From a candidate division WOR-3 bacterium (GTDB lineage Bacteria; Hydrothermota; Tepidihabitantia; Tepidihabitantales; Tepidihabitantaceae): 64,000 nt of DNA. Where the stretch lies: NCBI GenBank assembly GCA_965649225.1, contig CBFGJX010000004.1, positions 1 to 64,000 of the forward strand. The letters run 5' to 3'. Below are positions 37,101 through 52,664 of this stretch, one piece after another (within the stretch, counting starts at the first letter, position 1; each line of letters starts with the position of its first letter). Both the position numbers and the translations under genes were made by a program. The notes under the pieces were generated by a model. The model did no database searches and was not told the origin of the DNA. It saw only the letters and a program-made list of their open reading frames with translations.

Positions 37101-37816
37101 CCGTCTTCGGGGCGCTGGGGCGGTTCGGCGTAGTTGGCGATGAGCGAACGGTAGAGCGGCAGAAAGGTGCGGGAGTGGCCCGGACGACGGCGCTGGAGCG
37201 GGTTGGGCCCGATGCCTTCGTTGTGGAGAGTGATGCGCAGGCGCCGGGCGACGCGCAGTTCGCCGGTGGCCGGGTTGTAGCGCACCGGTTGCAGGATAAG
37301 CTGAACCAGTCGGACGTCACGCATGATCATTGGCTCGGTGACCGACCAGGTTTCGGCCGGATAGAGGGCATCGGCCGAGTAGGCGGCACTGTCGAACTGA
37401 AACGGTGGCGGTGACTGGCTTTCCGGCCAGGCCGGCTGCGCCGGATAGACGCGGTAGCCGGTGAGGACCGTTTCATCGAGACCGGTAACTTCAATCCGGA
37501 CACCGCGGTCGTCCGAGATTTGCAGGAAGCGGCTGACCAACGGCAGCTGAGGCAGGCCGGGTTTGACGGTCTGACCGCCGGCGCCGATACCGAGACTGAT
37601 TGTCTGCCACTGCCGGCCGCCGGCCTCGACCGGCTCAACATAGAGTCCGTCAATGGTCAATTCGACCGTTGTGCCGCGAGCGTCCGAGCTGATGACCCGG
37701 AATTCGGCGGGTCGTTCCGTCAGGCCGCTGGTCAGCGGCACCCAGTAGCCAGCCGCCGCGCCGGCAAGCAGGCCGAGCGCCATGGCAGCTTTGATCAAAC
37801 CGGAATTTCTCATCAC
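34109..37816 (-). CDS. Gingipain-like C25 cysteine peptidase with propeptide and FlgD-Ig-like C-terminal domain
   Basis: PGLPQLP and PVRYNP propeptide motifs, YLIIT, YVLLVGD, YRGHG (His), PTCLSGDF (Cys), GEPEL; tail YDRAGR...WDGCD...GVYF; GGAGG SD. Confidence 0.9.
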   Translation of the reverse strand: MMRNSGLIKAAMALGLLAGAAAGYWVPLTSGLTERPAEFRVISSDARGTTVELTIDGLYVEPVEAGGRQWQTISLGIGAGGQTVKPGLPQLPLVSRFLQISDDRGVRIEVTGLDETVLTGYRVYPAQPAWPESQSPPPFQFDSAAYSADALYPAETWSVTEPMIMRDVRLVQLILQPVRYNPATGELRVARRLRITLHNEGIGPNPLQRRRPGHSRTFLPLYRSLIANYAEPPQRPEDGSYLIITHDDFAAAVTPFAEWKRRKGWRTTVVTTSQLGGNDSARIDAFITNAYNNWPFPPDYVLLVGDAPSHLACCHWPGHTDASDLQYSLKSGNDILADLMIARICVRTQAEASATLNKLYKYEMSPWLGNTDWYGKVVSLAGYEGTPRFWSMVIRVRNYTIGRTFVQFDTLFERWGLNTATNLAESLNQGRSWMLYRGHGDVGAWANVTPSWTNTNVLSLNNGRMTPCVIAPTCLSGDFDNPSQDCHAETWVKAGEQKGGVGYFGSSEVSYSGYNDSLATGAMMSYADSLHYTFAQCTQYGKLFMLMAYPLPDQISEEEIYMFNNFGEPELNVWSAVPRQLAVTHPPTVLLGSFPFTVTVNADYAPVAGALVCVMSRRDSSIYHVGHTDASGTVHFTLNTTLPGDSILITVTGRNLHPYLGTALTIAPNSAYVTFLRCTVRDSAGGNNDGIINPGETINLPTWVKNWGSQPAGSVQARLRSSDPNIVITDSIRPLGTVPAGDSAFTGANGFGFTVAPACTNGYPVRLRLVCRDALDSAWTSDINLWVGTARLGFAGLRVNDCPPGGNGDGKLDPGETGQLYITLRNTGLGHGYDITATLRPGDPRLIAADSTAAWGTLPRDTTGSNTDPFVLIADPAIPRETALPCTLRLSGAGGYRTTVVFTIVIGEVRAIDPIGDGPRTPSLYWAYDDADSSYRQAPRYDWVEIRNRGTRLTLSDDQTVVVNLPPAFGPFRFYDQNYSQIAICSNGWVGLGTTTVSAYSNTALPTTTLPPAILVNWDDLYPPTGGGVWYWHDTSGHRFIIEWDSVPYYSNRSVFESNQLILYDTTLAARDGNCRFTIQYRTAGAMNSSTLGEQDPTRTICIQTLYNGSYHRGAAAVIPGRAISYTTDAPTTAVTEPATGTAAVSLRLALAPNPVRRTATIRFTVRQPGPVRLAVYDRAGRVVRILLNGPADAGQHRLNWDGCDDSGRTLARGVYFLRLQAGEERASLKTVLLD

Positions 37817-37960
37817 AGTTCCTCCAGTGCCAGGCAGATTGCTGTGCCCTGCAGCTGCAAGTGTAGAGCAGCCAGATTGCCGGTCAAGACGGGGCTGACT
37901 TGACGCGGCCGCCGCTTCGGCTATATTTCACAGTCCGCGACCGGCAGTGGTCGTGGTTTC

Positions 37961-38033
37961 GCCGACATAGCTCAGTTGGCAGAGCAGTGGTTTTGTAAAC
38001 CACAGGTCGTGGGTTCGAATCCCTCTGTCGGCT
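37961..38033 (+). tRNA. tRNA-Thr(TGT)
   Basis: Cloverleaf, anticodon arm GTGGT-TTTGTAA-ACCAC; promoter TTGACG-16-TATATT at 37900-37927. Confidence 0.95.
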
Positions 38034-38046
38034 GAAAAGAAGGTAC

Positions 38047-38130
38047 GGACGGGTACCCGAGTGGCCAAAGGGGGCAGACTGTAAATCTGCTGGCTTAACG
38101 CCTACGGAGGTTCAAATCCTTCCCCGTCCA
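38047..38130 (+). tRNA. tRNA-Tyr(GTA)
   Basis: GCAGA-CTGTAAA-TCTGC arm, long variable arm. Confidence 0.95.
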
Positions 38131-38152
38131 TTCTGGAGCCCGGACGGATTGT

Positions 38153-38223
38153 GCGGGCGTGGTGTAGTGGCAGCACAACAGCCTTCCAAGCTGTTTGCGT
38201 GGGTTCGACTCCCATCGCCCGCT
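38153..38223 (+). tRNA. tRNA-Gly(TCC)
   Basis: ACAGC-CTTCCAA-GCTGT arm, GGTTCGACTCC. Confidence 0.95.
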
Positions 38224-38431
38224 GTTTCTGGCCGGTTTTCCGGATTGTCCCGGCAGGGACTGGTCTGGGCTGTTGTGTTGTAAGTTTAGGTCCGACAACA
38301 TGTTGTCGCCGGGGTTCTGCCGACGCTGGCGGCAAGGCGTGCGAATTACCAGGCTGTGGAGCCATAGGCTTTTCGCACGCATTTAGTCGTTGACAGGGCG
38401 TAGGTTACTTCTATAATCCTCTGCTTATTGC

Positions 38432-38504
38432 GCCCATGTAGCTCAGTCGGCAGAGCACTTCCTTGGTAAGGAAGAGGTCGCCGGTTCGATTCCGGCCGTG
38501 GGCT
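38432..38504 (+). tRNA. tRNA-Thr(GGT)
   Basis: CTTCC-TTGGTAA-GGAAG arm; promoter TTGACA-16-TATAAT at 38390-38417. Confidence 0.95.
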
Positions 38505-38568
38505 GTTGCCGGATCGTGTCTGCAGGATTGTTGTGTTTTGAAAATCGTTTCTAAGGAGGAACGGAAAG

Positions 38569-39768
<1,200 letters not shown>

Positions 39769-39774
39769 AGAAAA

Positions 39775-39921
39775 ATGCGTGTGCAGGTAACGCTGGCCTG
39801 TGGTGAGTGCAAGAACCGCAACTACCACACGACCAAGAACAAGAAAAAGACCGAGCGGCTTGAATTCAAGCGCTATTGTCCGACTTGTCGGAAGCATACT
39901 CCGCACAAGGAGGTAAAGTAG
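39775..39921 (+). CDS. rpmG: 50S ribosomal protein L33 (Zn-ribbon type)
   Basis: [48 protein letters not shown] read directly; below ORF-track cutoff. Confidence 0.95.
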   Translation: MRVQVTLACGECKNRNYHTTKNKKKTERLEFKRYCPTCRKHTPHKEVK

Positions 39922-39992
39922 GCCAGTAGCTCTAACGGCAGAGCGGCGGACTCCAAATCCGTAGGTTGGGGGTTCAAATCCCTCCTGGCCTG
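39920..39992 (+). tRNA. tRNA-Trp(CCA)
   Basis: Acceptor AGGCCAG/CTGGCCT, anticodon loop CTCCAAA, GGTTCAAATCC; canonical position before secE. Confidence 0.95.
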
Positions 39993-40004
39993 TAAAAAGC
40001 TATC

Positions 40005-40199
40005 GTGAAACGGATTTTTACGAAAGTCAAAGACTACATCGCCGATGTCGTGGCAGAGATGCGCCGGGTTTCCTGGGTTCGGCGCAAGGAGCTGTTCACG
40101 ACTACGGTGGTGGTTATCGTCTTCTCGACGCTGCTGGCGGTGTTTATCGGTCTGTGCGATCTGGTGTTTGCTTCCCTGCTCCACCTGGTGCTGAGGTAG
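40005..40199 (+). CDS. secE: Preprotein translocase SecE
   Basis: EMRRVSW plus single TM; synteny. Confidence 0.92.
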   Translation: MKRIFTKVKDYIADVVAEMRRVSWVRRKELFTTTVVVIVFSTLLAVFIGLCDLVFASLLHLVLR

Positions 40200-40214
40200 G
40201 CCCGGCCTCGACGG

Positions 40215-40739
40215 ATGAAGTTCTTCGTTGTTCACACCTACACCGGTCGCGAGAAGCGGGTCAAGGAGTTGCTCGAGAAAGCGGTTGAACGGCAGGGGCT
40301 GGCGGCGAAGTTCGGTCGCGTGATTGTGCCTTCCGAACGCGTCGCCCGGGTCCGCAAGGCGAAAATCGTGCCCGAGGAGCGTCAGCTCTATCCGGGATAC
40401 ATCGTGGTCGAGATGGAGCCCGGCGAGCAGACGCTGGCGCTGGTCAACTCGATCCCGGGTGTGACGCACCTGCTCGGGACGAAGGACCAGCCGATACCGC
40501 TGACCGAGGCCGAAGTTAACTCGATGCTGGAGCAGATCGAGCGCGGCCGCGACAAGGCCGAGCCCGAGGCACCGTTTGAGAAGGGCGAAAGTGTCAAGGT
40601 AACCAAGGGGCCGTTTGCCGGGTTTACCGGAACCGTGGAGGAAATCTTCGCCGAGCGGCGCCGGGTGAAAGTGACGGTTACCATTTTCGGTCGGCCGACG
40701 CCGATAGATCTGGATTTTCTCGACGTTCAGCCGATCTGA
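40215..40739 (+). CDS. nusG: Transcription factor NusG
   Basis: YPGYIVVEM, KOW GPFAGFTG, IFGRPTP. Confidence 0.96.
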   Translation: MKFFVVHTYTGREKRVKELLEKAVERQGLAAKFGRVIVPSERVARVRKAKIVPEERQLYPGYIVVEMEPGEQTLALVNSIPGVTHLLGTKDQPIPLTEAEVNSMLEQIERGRDKAEPEAPFEKGESVKVTKGPFAGFTGTVEEIFAERRRVKVTVTIFGRPTPIDLDFLDVQPI

Positions 40740-40757
40740 TCAAATAGGAGGAGCGAG

Positions 40758-41186
40758 ATGGTCAAGAAGGTTGCGGCGGTCGTGAAACTGCAGTGTCCGG
40801 CCGGCCAGGCAACCGCAGCACCGCCCGTGGGACCGGCCCTCGGGCAGCACGGCGTCAACATTGCGGAGTTTATCCGCGCCTTTAACGAGGCGACCCGCAA
40901 GGAGACCCCGGGCATGCTGATTCCGGTTGTCCTGACCGTGTATGCCGACCGCAAGTTCACGTTCGTCACCAAGAGTCCACCCGCGTCGGTACTCCTGAAG
41001 CAGGCCGCCGGACTGGCCAAGGGTTCGGGTGAACCGAACCGGGCGAAGGTCGGCGTGGTCAGCCGGAAGGCCGTGCGGGAAATTGCTGAGCGCAAGATGA
41101 AGGACCTCAATGCCGCTGATATTGAAGCGGCGATGAGGATTGTCGAAGGTACGGCCCGGTCAATGGGCCTGCGCGTGGAGGATTGA
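40758..41186 (+). CDS. rplK: 50S ribosomal protein L11
   Basis: [18 protein letters not shown]. Confidence 0.98.
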   Translation: MVKKVAAVVKLQCPAGQATAAPPVGPALGQHGVNIAEFIRAFNEATRKETPGMLIPVVLTVYADRKFTFVTKSPPASVLLKQAAGLAKGSGEPNRAKVGVVSRKAVREIAERKMKDLNAADIEAAMRIVEGTARSMGLRVED

Positions 41187-41896
41187 TGAAGCATTCACGA
41201 AGATTCCGCGCGCTGAAGGAGAAGTTTGACCGGCTGACACTGCATCCGCTCGACCGGGCAATCGAACTGGTGAAGGCCAACGCGACGGCGAAGTTCGACG
41301 AGTCGGTTGACATCAGCGTCAAGCTGGGCATCGACGCCAAGAAGACCGAGCAGCTGGTTTCGGGAACGGTTTCGCTGCCCAATGGCACCGGCAAAAGTGT
41401 CCGGGTGCTGGTTTTTGCCAAAGGCGACAAGCAGGATGAGGCCCGGGCGGCAGGTGCCGACGAGGTCGGATTTGAGGACCTGGTTGAGAAGATCAACGGC
41501 GGCTGGGCCGATTTTGACGTTGCGGTGGCGACACCGGATACGATGGCGGCCGTCGGCCGGCTGGGCAAAGTCCTCGGCCCCAAGGGGCTGATGCCGTCGC
41601 CGAAGACCCAGACGGTGACTTTTGACGTCGGCGCGACCGTGAAAAGCCTGAAAGCCGGCCGCATCAAGTTTCGAACTGACAAGACCGGCAATGTTCATGC
41701 GCTGGTCGGCAAGGCGTCGTTTGACCGGGAGAAGCTGGCCGAAAACATCCGGGCGTTCATGGCCGAACTGATCCGGACGCGGCCGGCGACGGCCAAGGGA
41801 CAGTTTATCCGCAATGTCGTGCTTTCGTCGACGATGGGTCCCGGTGTCCGGGTGGACCCGCGCGAGTTCACCGAAAGCGCCAAGAAAGAGGCTTAG
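41186..41896 (+). CDS. rplA: 50S ribosomal protein L1
   Basis: KFDESVD, LGPKGLMPSPK, SSTMGPG. Confidence 0.98.
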   Translation: MKHSRRFRALKEKFDRLTLHPLDRAIELVKANATAKFDESVDISVKLGIDAKKTEQLVSGTVSLPNGTGKSVRVLVFAKGDKQDEARAAGADEVGFEDLVEKINGGWADFDVAVATPDTMAAVGRLGKVLGPKGLMPSPKTQTVTFDVGATVKSLKAGRIKFRTDKTGNVHALVGKASFDREKLAENIRAFMAELIRTRPATAKGQFIRNVVLSSTMGPGVRVDPREFTESAKKEA

Positions 41897-41898
41897 CC

Positions 41899-42435
41899 AT
41901 GCCGACGCAACAGAAAATCGCCAGCGTTGCGGAGCTGAAAGAGCTGGTTGCTCAGGCTTCGGCGCTCTATTTTGTTGACTTTACGAAAGTCGGCGCGAAC
42001 GACATCAACAGCATTCGCCGCCGACTGGGCGAGATCGGTGTCCGGATGAAGGTCGTCAAGAACCGGCTGGCGGCACGGGCATTGACCGAAGGCGGCGTGC
42101 CCGCCGCGATCGAGGATATCCTGGTCGGCCCGACTTCGGTGGTTTTTGCCGGCGAAGACCCGGTAGCACCGGCGCGGGTGCTGAAGGATATTCAGCGCCG
42201 GTTGGCCGACCTGCGGGTCAAGGGTGCCTTCCTGGAAGGGACGGTTTATCCTGCGGCCCAGTTTGATTTCCTGGCGGCACTGCCGACCAAGGCCGACCTG
42301 CGGGCTGAGTTGACCGGCGTGCTGGCCGGGCCGATCAGCGGGCTGGTGTACAGTCTGGAAGGCCTGCTGGCCGAGCTGGTCCGGGTGCTGGAAGAAGTCG
42401 GGAAGCGGCCCGCCGCCGAACCGACCGCCCAGTGA
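41899..42435 (+). CDS. rplJ: 50S ribosomal protein L10
   Basis: VVKNRL, GPT, ALPTK; synteny. Confidence 0.95.
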   Translation: MPTQQKIASVAELKELVAQASALYFVDFTKVGANDINSIRRRLGEIGVRMKVVKNRLAARALTEGGVPAAIEDILVGPTSVVFAGEDPVAPARVLKDIQRRLADLRVKGAFLEGTVYPAAQFDFLAALPTKADLRAELTGVLAGPISGLVYSLEGLLAELVRVLEEVGKRPAAEPTAQ

Positions 42436-42538
42436 AGTCGAAAAAGAATTGCTGCTTCTGACGCACTACATGAACCGCCGCGACGGCGGCGCAACCGGGA
42501 CCGGCTGCGGGCCGGCCTGATCGCTAGAGGAGGATCAG

Positions 42539-42928
42539 ATGTCTGAGAAGATCGAACAGGTTGTTGCGACGATTGAAGGGTTGACCGTCACTGAACTGGC
42601 CGAGCTGGTGAAGGTGCTGAAGGACAAGTTCGGCGTCAGCGCGCCGGCGTTTGTTGCCGCCGGACCGATGCCGGCTGCGGGCGGCGCCGCGGCTCCGGCC
42701 GAGGCCAAGGAAGAGAAGACCGAGTTCACGGTTACACTGGTTTCGGTCGGCGACAAGAAGATCCAGGTGCTCAAGGAACTGCGGGCGGTGACCCAGCTCG
42801 GTTTGAAGGAAGCCAAGGATATCATCGACAAGACCCCGAGTGTGATCAAGGAGAACGCATCCAAGGAAGAGGCCGACAAGATCAAGGCGAAGCTGGAAGA
42901 AGTCGGCGCCAAAGTTGAGATCAAGTAG
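42539..42928 (+). CDS. rplL: 50S ribosomal protein L7/L12
   Basis: KFGVSA, EEKTEF, LGLKEAK, GAKVEIK. Confidence 0.98.
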   Translation: MSEKIEQVVATIEGLTVTELAELVKVLKDKFGVSAPAFVAAGPMPAAGGAAAPAEAKEEKTEFTVTLVSVGDKKIQVLKELRAVTQLGLKEAKDIIDKTPSVIKENASKEEADKIKAKLEEVGAKVEIK

Positions 42929-42940
42929 GCGCGAATCCTG

Positions 42941-46896
<3,956 letters not shown>

Positions 46897-46900
<4 letters not shown>

Positions 46901-49900
46901 CCGAACGCGATTTCTTTGATTTTGATTCCCTGCGGCTGCGGATTGCGTCGCCGGAGACAATCCGTTCCTGGTCGAGCGGCGAGGTTATCAAGCCGGAAAC
47001 GATCAACTACCGGACCCAGAAGCCGGAACGCGACGGCCTGTTCTGTGAACGGATTTTTGGACCGGTCAAGGATTACGAGTGTAACTGCGGCAAGTACAAG
47101 AAAATCCGCTACAAGGGCATCGTCTGCGACCGCTGCGGCGTTGAAGTGACTTCTTCCCGTGTCCGGCGGGAACGGATGGGCCATGTCGAGCTGGTTGTGC
47201 CGGTGGCACACACGCTGTTCTACCAGGTGCCGCCGACCAAGGTCGGTCTGATGCTGTCGCTGACGATCAATCAGGTCGAGACGATTCTGAACTACGAGGC
47301 CTATGTCGTCATCGAGCCCGGCACGTCCAGTTACAAGAAGATGGAACTCATCTCCGAAGAGGAGTATCGTGCCAACGCCGGCCGGTTCGAGGGTCTCGAG
47401 GTCGGAGCCGGTGCGGCAGCGCTGAAGACGCTGCTGACGCGGATAAAGCTGGACGACCTGGCGGCCGAGTTGCGGGCGCGAATCAAGCACGAGACATCCC
47501 GGCGCTTCAACCTTCTGCGCCGGCTGCGAGTCGTTGAGGCGTTCCGCACGTCGGGTGCCCGACCGGAATGGATGATCCTGGATGTGCTGCCGGTGATTCC
47601 TCCCGACCTGCGGCCGCTGGTGCCGCTTGAGGGCGGCCGGTACGCAACCTCCGACCTCAACGATCTCTACAAGCGGGTGATCGTGCGCAATAACCGGCTC
47701 AAGCATCTGATGTCCATCCGCACACCCGAGATCATTCTCAAGAACGAGAAGCGCATGTTGCAGGATGCGGTTGACACGCTGTTTTCCAACGAAACACGGC
47801 CGCGTCCGGTTCGCGGGCGCGGCAACCGGCCGCTGAAGTCACTCTGCGAGGCACTGCGCGGCAAGCAGGGTCGCTTCCGCCGCAACCTGCTCGGCAAGCG
47901 TGTCGACTATTCGGGTCGTTCGGTCATCGTCGTTGACCCGGCGTTGAAGCTCCATCAGTGTTCGTTGCCGAAGGAGATGGCACTGGAGCTGTTCAAGCCG
48001 ATGATTCTGCGCCGGCTGGAGGACCGGCAGCTGGCCGAGAGCGAGCGGGGCGCCAAGAACATGTACCGGCGCGAGGCACCCGAGGTCTGGGAGGTGCTGG
48101 AGGAAGTCACCCGTGACCATCCGGTGCTGTTGAACCGGGCGCCGACGCTGCACCGGGTTTCGGTTGAGGCATTCTACCCGGTACTCTCGGAGAGCCGGGC
48201 GATCGGCATTCACCCGCTGGTCTGTCCGCCGTTCAATGCCGACTTTGACGGCGACACGATGTCGGTGCACGTTCCGCTGACACCGGAGGCGATTCTTGAG
48301 ACCTCGGTGCTGATGTTGTCATCGAACAACATCCTGTCACCGGCACACGGGCGGCCGCTGATGACTCCGTCGCAGGATATCGTTGCCGGGGTATACTATA
48401 TGACCAAGACCCGGCCGAGCCGGACCGAGCCGGTTGGTGACTTCGATGACTTCGCCACCGTCCGGTCGGCGTTTGACCTCGGCGAACTGGCACTGCATGA
48501 CCCGATCCGTTTCCGCTACAAGTCCAAGGGCAAGAGCCAGGCGGAATTCATCACCACCACCGTCGGGCGGGTGTTGTTCAACGAGGTGCTGCCTGACGAG
48601 CTGCGCTTCGTCAATGAAACCTGCCCCAAGGACAAGCTGGTGGCACTGATCGACCGCTGCAGCCGGATGCTGGGGATTGAAGCTACCGCCAGGCTGCTGG
48701 ATGCGGTCAAGGACCTGGGCTTCGAAATGGCGACCCGGTCGGGTCTGTCAATTGGCATCGATGACGTCGTCGTGCCGAAAGAGAAGTACGAGATTCTGGC
48801 CCGTAGCGAGAAGGAACTGCGCAAGGTGCAGCGTTCGTATGAACGTGGGCTGATGACCGATTACGAGAAGTATAACTCGGTGGTCAATACCTGGACGCTG
48901 GCGACCGCTGAGGTTGAAGCGGCGCTGTTCGAGCGGCTGGCACACGACCAGGAGGGATTCAACCCGGTGTTCATGCTGATCGACTCCGGGGCGCGTGGGT
49001 CCCGGACTCAGGCGGCTCAGATTGGCGGCATGCGCGGGTTGATGGCCAAGCCGCAGCGACGGTCGGTCGGAGAGGAAGTAATCGAGACCCCGATCAAGAG
49101 TTCGTTCCGCGAGGGACTTTCGGTCTGGGAGTATTTCATCTCCACCCACGGCGCCCGCAAGGGTCTCACCGATACTGCACTGAAAACCGCCGAGGCCGGC
49201 TATCTGACCCGCCGGCTGGTCGACGTCGCGCAGGACGTGGTGATTTCAATCGAAGACTGCGGGACGATTCTCGGCCAGGAGGTGACCGAGCTGCGCGAGG
49301 GCGGCGATGTTGTCGAGCCGCTGTCGGAGAGGATTGCCGGCCGGTTCTCGCTTGACGATGTCGTCAATCCAGTTACCGGTGAGGTGATCGTCCGGGCCGG
49401 CGAGGAAATCTCGGACGAGGCGGCGGTTGAGATCGAAGACTGTGGTATCGAGACGGTGCGAGTGCGGTCGGTGTTGACCTGTGAAGCACCGTCCGGGTTG
49501 TGCGTCAAGTGCTACGGCCGCAACATGGCCACCGGTCGGCTGGTTGAGATTGGCGAGGCGGTCGGTATCGTTGCCGCGCAGTCGATCGGCGAGCCGGGGA
49601 CGCAGCTGACGCTGAAGACGTTCCACGTCGGCGGCGTTGCCAGTCGGATTGCCGAGCAGACCAAGGCGGTGGCGAAGTACGTCGGCAAGATCAAGTATGA
49701 AAATCTGACGACGGTGCAGCGCTCGGACGGTGAGCACGTCGCGCTTGATGCCGGCAGGCTGCTGCTGGTCGCGACCGGCCGCCAGCTGCCCTTCAATGTC
49801 CCGGCCGGAGCGGTGGTCCGGGTACACGACGGGCAGGAGGTTGCCGAAGGCGAGACGCTGTTCGAGTGGGAGCCGTACTCGATTCCGATCATGGCGCGGG

Positions 49901-50940
49901 CCAAGGGTCAGGCGGTTCTGCACGACGTTGAACCCGGAGTTACTCTGCGTCAGGATATCGACGAGCGGACCGAGCGAATGCAGCGGATCATCACCGAGGA
50001 CCGGGAGCGCCGGCTGCATCCGCGGGTTGTGATTGTCAATGCCAAGGGCAAGGCACTCGAAACTCACGCGCTGCCGGCCGATGCCTATCTGGTTGTCGAG
50101 GACAAGGCCGAGGTTGTCCCGGGCGACATCCTGGCCCGTCTGGTAAGAGAGCGCAGCCGTCAGGGTGACATCACCGGCGGTCTGCCAAAGGTTGCCGAGT
50201 TGTTCGAGGCGAAACGGGTGAAGGACCCGGCGGTGATTGCCGAGATCGACGGTCGCGTCGAGGTCGGCGAGCCGCACGAGGGTGTCCGCCGGGTCCGGGT
50301 CGTCTCCGAGGGTGGAACCGAGAAGGAGTACGACATCCCGTACGGCAAGTATCTGCTGGTGCAGACCGGCGACCGGGTTCGCGCCGGTGACCGGCTCTGT
50401 GAAGGTTCGGTCGACCCGCACGATGTCCTGCGGGTGCGGGGCTGGCTGGCGGTGCAGGAGTTTTTGACCAACCAGATTCAGGCGGTGTACCGGCTGCAGA
50501 AGGTGAAAATCAACGACAAGCACATCTCGGTGATTGTCCGCCAGATGTTGCGCAAGGCCAAAATCGAGGATGCCGGCGATTCGAGTTTCATCGAGGGCGA
50601 GATTGTCGAGCGTCGGCGACTCTACGAAGAGAACGAGAAGCTCATCGCCGAGAACATGCGCCCGGCAAGTTTTCAGCCGATTCTGCTCGGCATCACCCGT
50701 GCCGCGCTGCTGACCGACAGCTTCCTTTCCGCCGCGTCGTTCCAGGAGACGACCCGGGTGCTGTCGGAAGCGGCGATTCAGGGACGTGAGGATCGGCTCA
50801 AAGGGCTCAAGGAGAATGTGATTGTCGGACGGCTCGTGCCGGCCGGCACCGGTTTCCGGGAGTTCAGCCGTATCAAGCTCGTGACAAAGGAGCAGGAACA
50901 GCAATCAGCAGAACAGCCATCAGAGCAGGAGACAGTCTAG
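46897..50940 (+). CDS. rpoC: RNA polymerase beta' subunit
   Basis: NADFDGD, N-terminal Zn finger, [20 protein letters not shown]. Confidence 0.99.
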
Positions 50941-50941
50941 A

Positions 50942-51325
50942 ATGCCGACTATCAATCAGCTTGTTCGTCGCCCCCGGGTTGTGATTCACGGTCGTTCCAA
51001 GACACCGGCACTGCGGGGGAATCCTCAAAAGCGCGGCGTCTGTACCCGAGTCTATACCACGACGCCGAAGAAACCAAACTCAGCACTGCGCAAGGTCTGC
51101 AAGGTTCGGCTTTCGCACGGTGTCGAGATAACCGCCTACATTCCGGGCGAAGGTCATAACCTGCAGGAACACTCGATTGTTCTTGTTCGGGGAGGTCGTG
51201 TCAAAGACCTGCCCGGCGTGCGTTACCACGTCGTGCGTGGTGTGCTGGATACCACCGGAGTCGAGGGGCGTCGTCAGGCCCGCAGCCAGTACGGCGTCAA
51301 ACGGCCGAAGCCGGCCGCCAAGTAG
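50942..51325 (+). CDS. rpsL: 30S ribosomal protein S12
   Basis: [18 protein letters not shown]. Confidence 0.99.
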   Translation: MPTINQLVRRPRVVIHGRSKTPALRGNPQKRGVCTRVYTTTPKKPNSALRKVCKVRLSHGVEITAYIPGEGHNLQEHSIVLVRGGRVKDLPGVRYHVVRGVLDTTGVEGRRQARSQYGVKRPKPAAK

Positions 51326-51335
51326 AGGAGGGGCA

Positions 51336-51806
51336 ATGTCGAGAAGACGTCGAGCTGCGCCCCGGGAACTGCCGCCGGACCCGCGTTACAATTCGACACT
51401 GGTGAGCAAGTTCATCAACTACCTGATGTGGGCAGGCAAGAAGACGACCGCCCAGCGCATCTTCTACGGTGCGATGGAGCTGATCGAAGAGAAGACCAAA
51501 GAGGATGGCTACGCGGTCTTTCAGAAAGCGATGAACAACATCAAACCGGCGCTGGAGGTCAGGCCGCGTCGTGTCGGTGGCGCCACCTACCAGATTCCGA
51601 TGGAAGTACGGCCGCGACGCCGGGATGCGCTGGCTTTGAAGTGGACCATTGGGGCCGCGCGAGCGCGCAGTGAACATACGATGATTGAAAGACTCGCGGC
51701 AGAGTTAATCGATGCCAGCCGCGGCCAGGGCGCGGCAGTCAAGAAGAAAGAGGATACCCACAAGATGGCGGAGGCCAATCGCGCCTTCGCGCATTATCGC
51801 TGGTAG
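51336..51806 (+). CDS. rpsG: 30S ribosomal protein S7
   Basis: [33 protein letters not shown] before ATG 51336. Confidence 0.98.
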   Translation: MSRRRRAAPRELPPDPRYNSTLVSKFINYLMWAGKKTTAQRIFYGAMELIEEKTKEDGYAVFQKAMNNIKPALEVRPRRVGGATYQIPMEVRPRRRDALALKWTIGAARARSEHTMIERLAAELIDASRGQGAAVKKKEDTHKMAEANRAFAHYRW

Positions 51807-51841
51807 GCTGTCCCAAAGCTGTTCTGCTCGCGGCCCGGCGT

Positions 51842-52651
51842 TCATGCCGGGCCGCCGGTCTGAAACGCAATCAAGACGAGATTGCGACCGGTGAGTTTTT
51901 CGCGGCGGACGGAGAAGCAGCTGTCGGGATTTTCCATACTGCAAAGTTCCAGACCGGGAAATTCGCTAAGCCCGAGCGAGACAAGCTGAAGCCGGTTCAA
52001 TGTCCGCAGGTCGAGCTGGTATTTGCCGGCGACGGGGCCGGGAGTCAGGGCGAGCCTGGCTTCGGGCAGGTCAATCATTGCCGAGCGGACGTCGGCACCG
52101 ACAACATAGCAGTTGCGACAGATTGATGGGCCCAGGCTGAAGGCAAGCTCGTCGGTTCGGCAACCTGCTGTTGAGGCCAGTGTTTGAGCGGTCCGGGCTG
52201 CCAGTCGGGCGGCAGAGCCGCGCCAGCCACAATGAGCGATTGCGACTGCCCTGCCGTTGGTGGTGAACAGCCATACCGGCAGACAGTCAGCGACTTTGAT
52301 GCCGAGACAGCCCGGACGAGCGGTGACGATTGCGTCAGCGGCAACTGATTCCGGGTTGGCCGGCAGCGACTCGGCTGCCACAACTGTCGCCGAGTGAACC
52401 TGGCGAACGGTTACCAGACTGGAAAGTCCCAATGCGTTGCATATCAGCGTGCGGTTGCGGTTGACGTGGTCGGGCTGGTCGCCGACTTCATACGAGCAAT
52501 TGAGCGAGGCAAAGCTGCCGGTCGATGTGCCCCGGTGTCGGCCAACAAAGGCAATGGTTACACCCGGTGCCGGTCGGGCCAGCCAGCAGTCAACTTCGTT
52601 GGTCAGCTGACGCTGCCAGCCGGGTCCGGTTCTGGCGGCGAACTCGTTCAT
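51842..52651 (-). CDS. pgeF: PgeF/YfiH (laccase-domain) family protein
   Basis: SLN, QVHS, ADAIVT, VADCLPV, HCGWRG, GPSIC..CY.VG, FSVRR. Confidence 0.9.
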   Translation of the reverse strand: MNEFAARTGPGWQRQLTNEVDCWLARPAPGVTIAFVGRHRGTSTGSFASLNCSYEVGDQPDHVNRNRTLICNALGLSSLVTVRQVHSATVVAAESLPANPESVAADAIVTARPGCLGIKVADCLPVWLFTTNGRAVAIAHCGWRGSAARLAARTAQTLASTAGCRTDELAFSLGPSICRNCYVVGADVRSAMIDLPEARLALTPGPVAGKYQLDLRTLNRLQLVSLGLSEFPGLELCSMENPDSCFSVRREKLTGRNLVLIAFQTGGPA

Positions 52652-52664
52652 GGCGGCCGTCGGG

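Noticed and set aside
38224..38389. Possible ncRNA between tRNA-Gly and the tuf promoter
   Set aside because: Only a GC hairpin (TTGTCGCCGG...CTGGCGGCAA); compatible with a terminator or spacer
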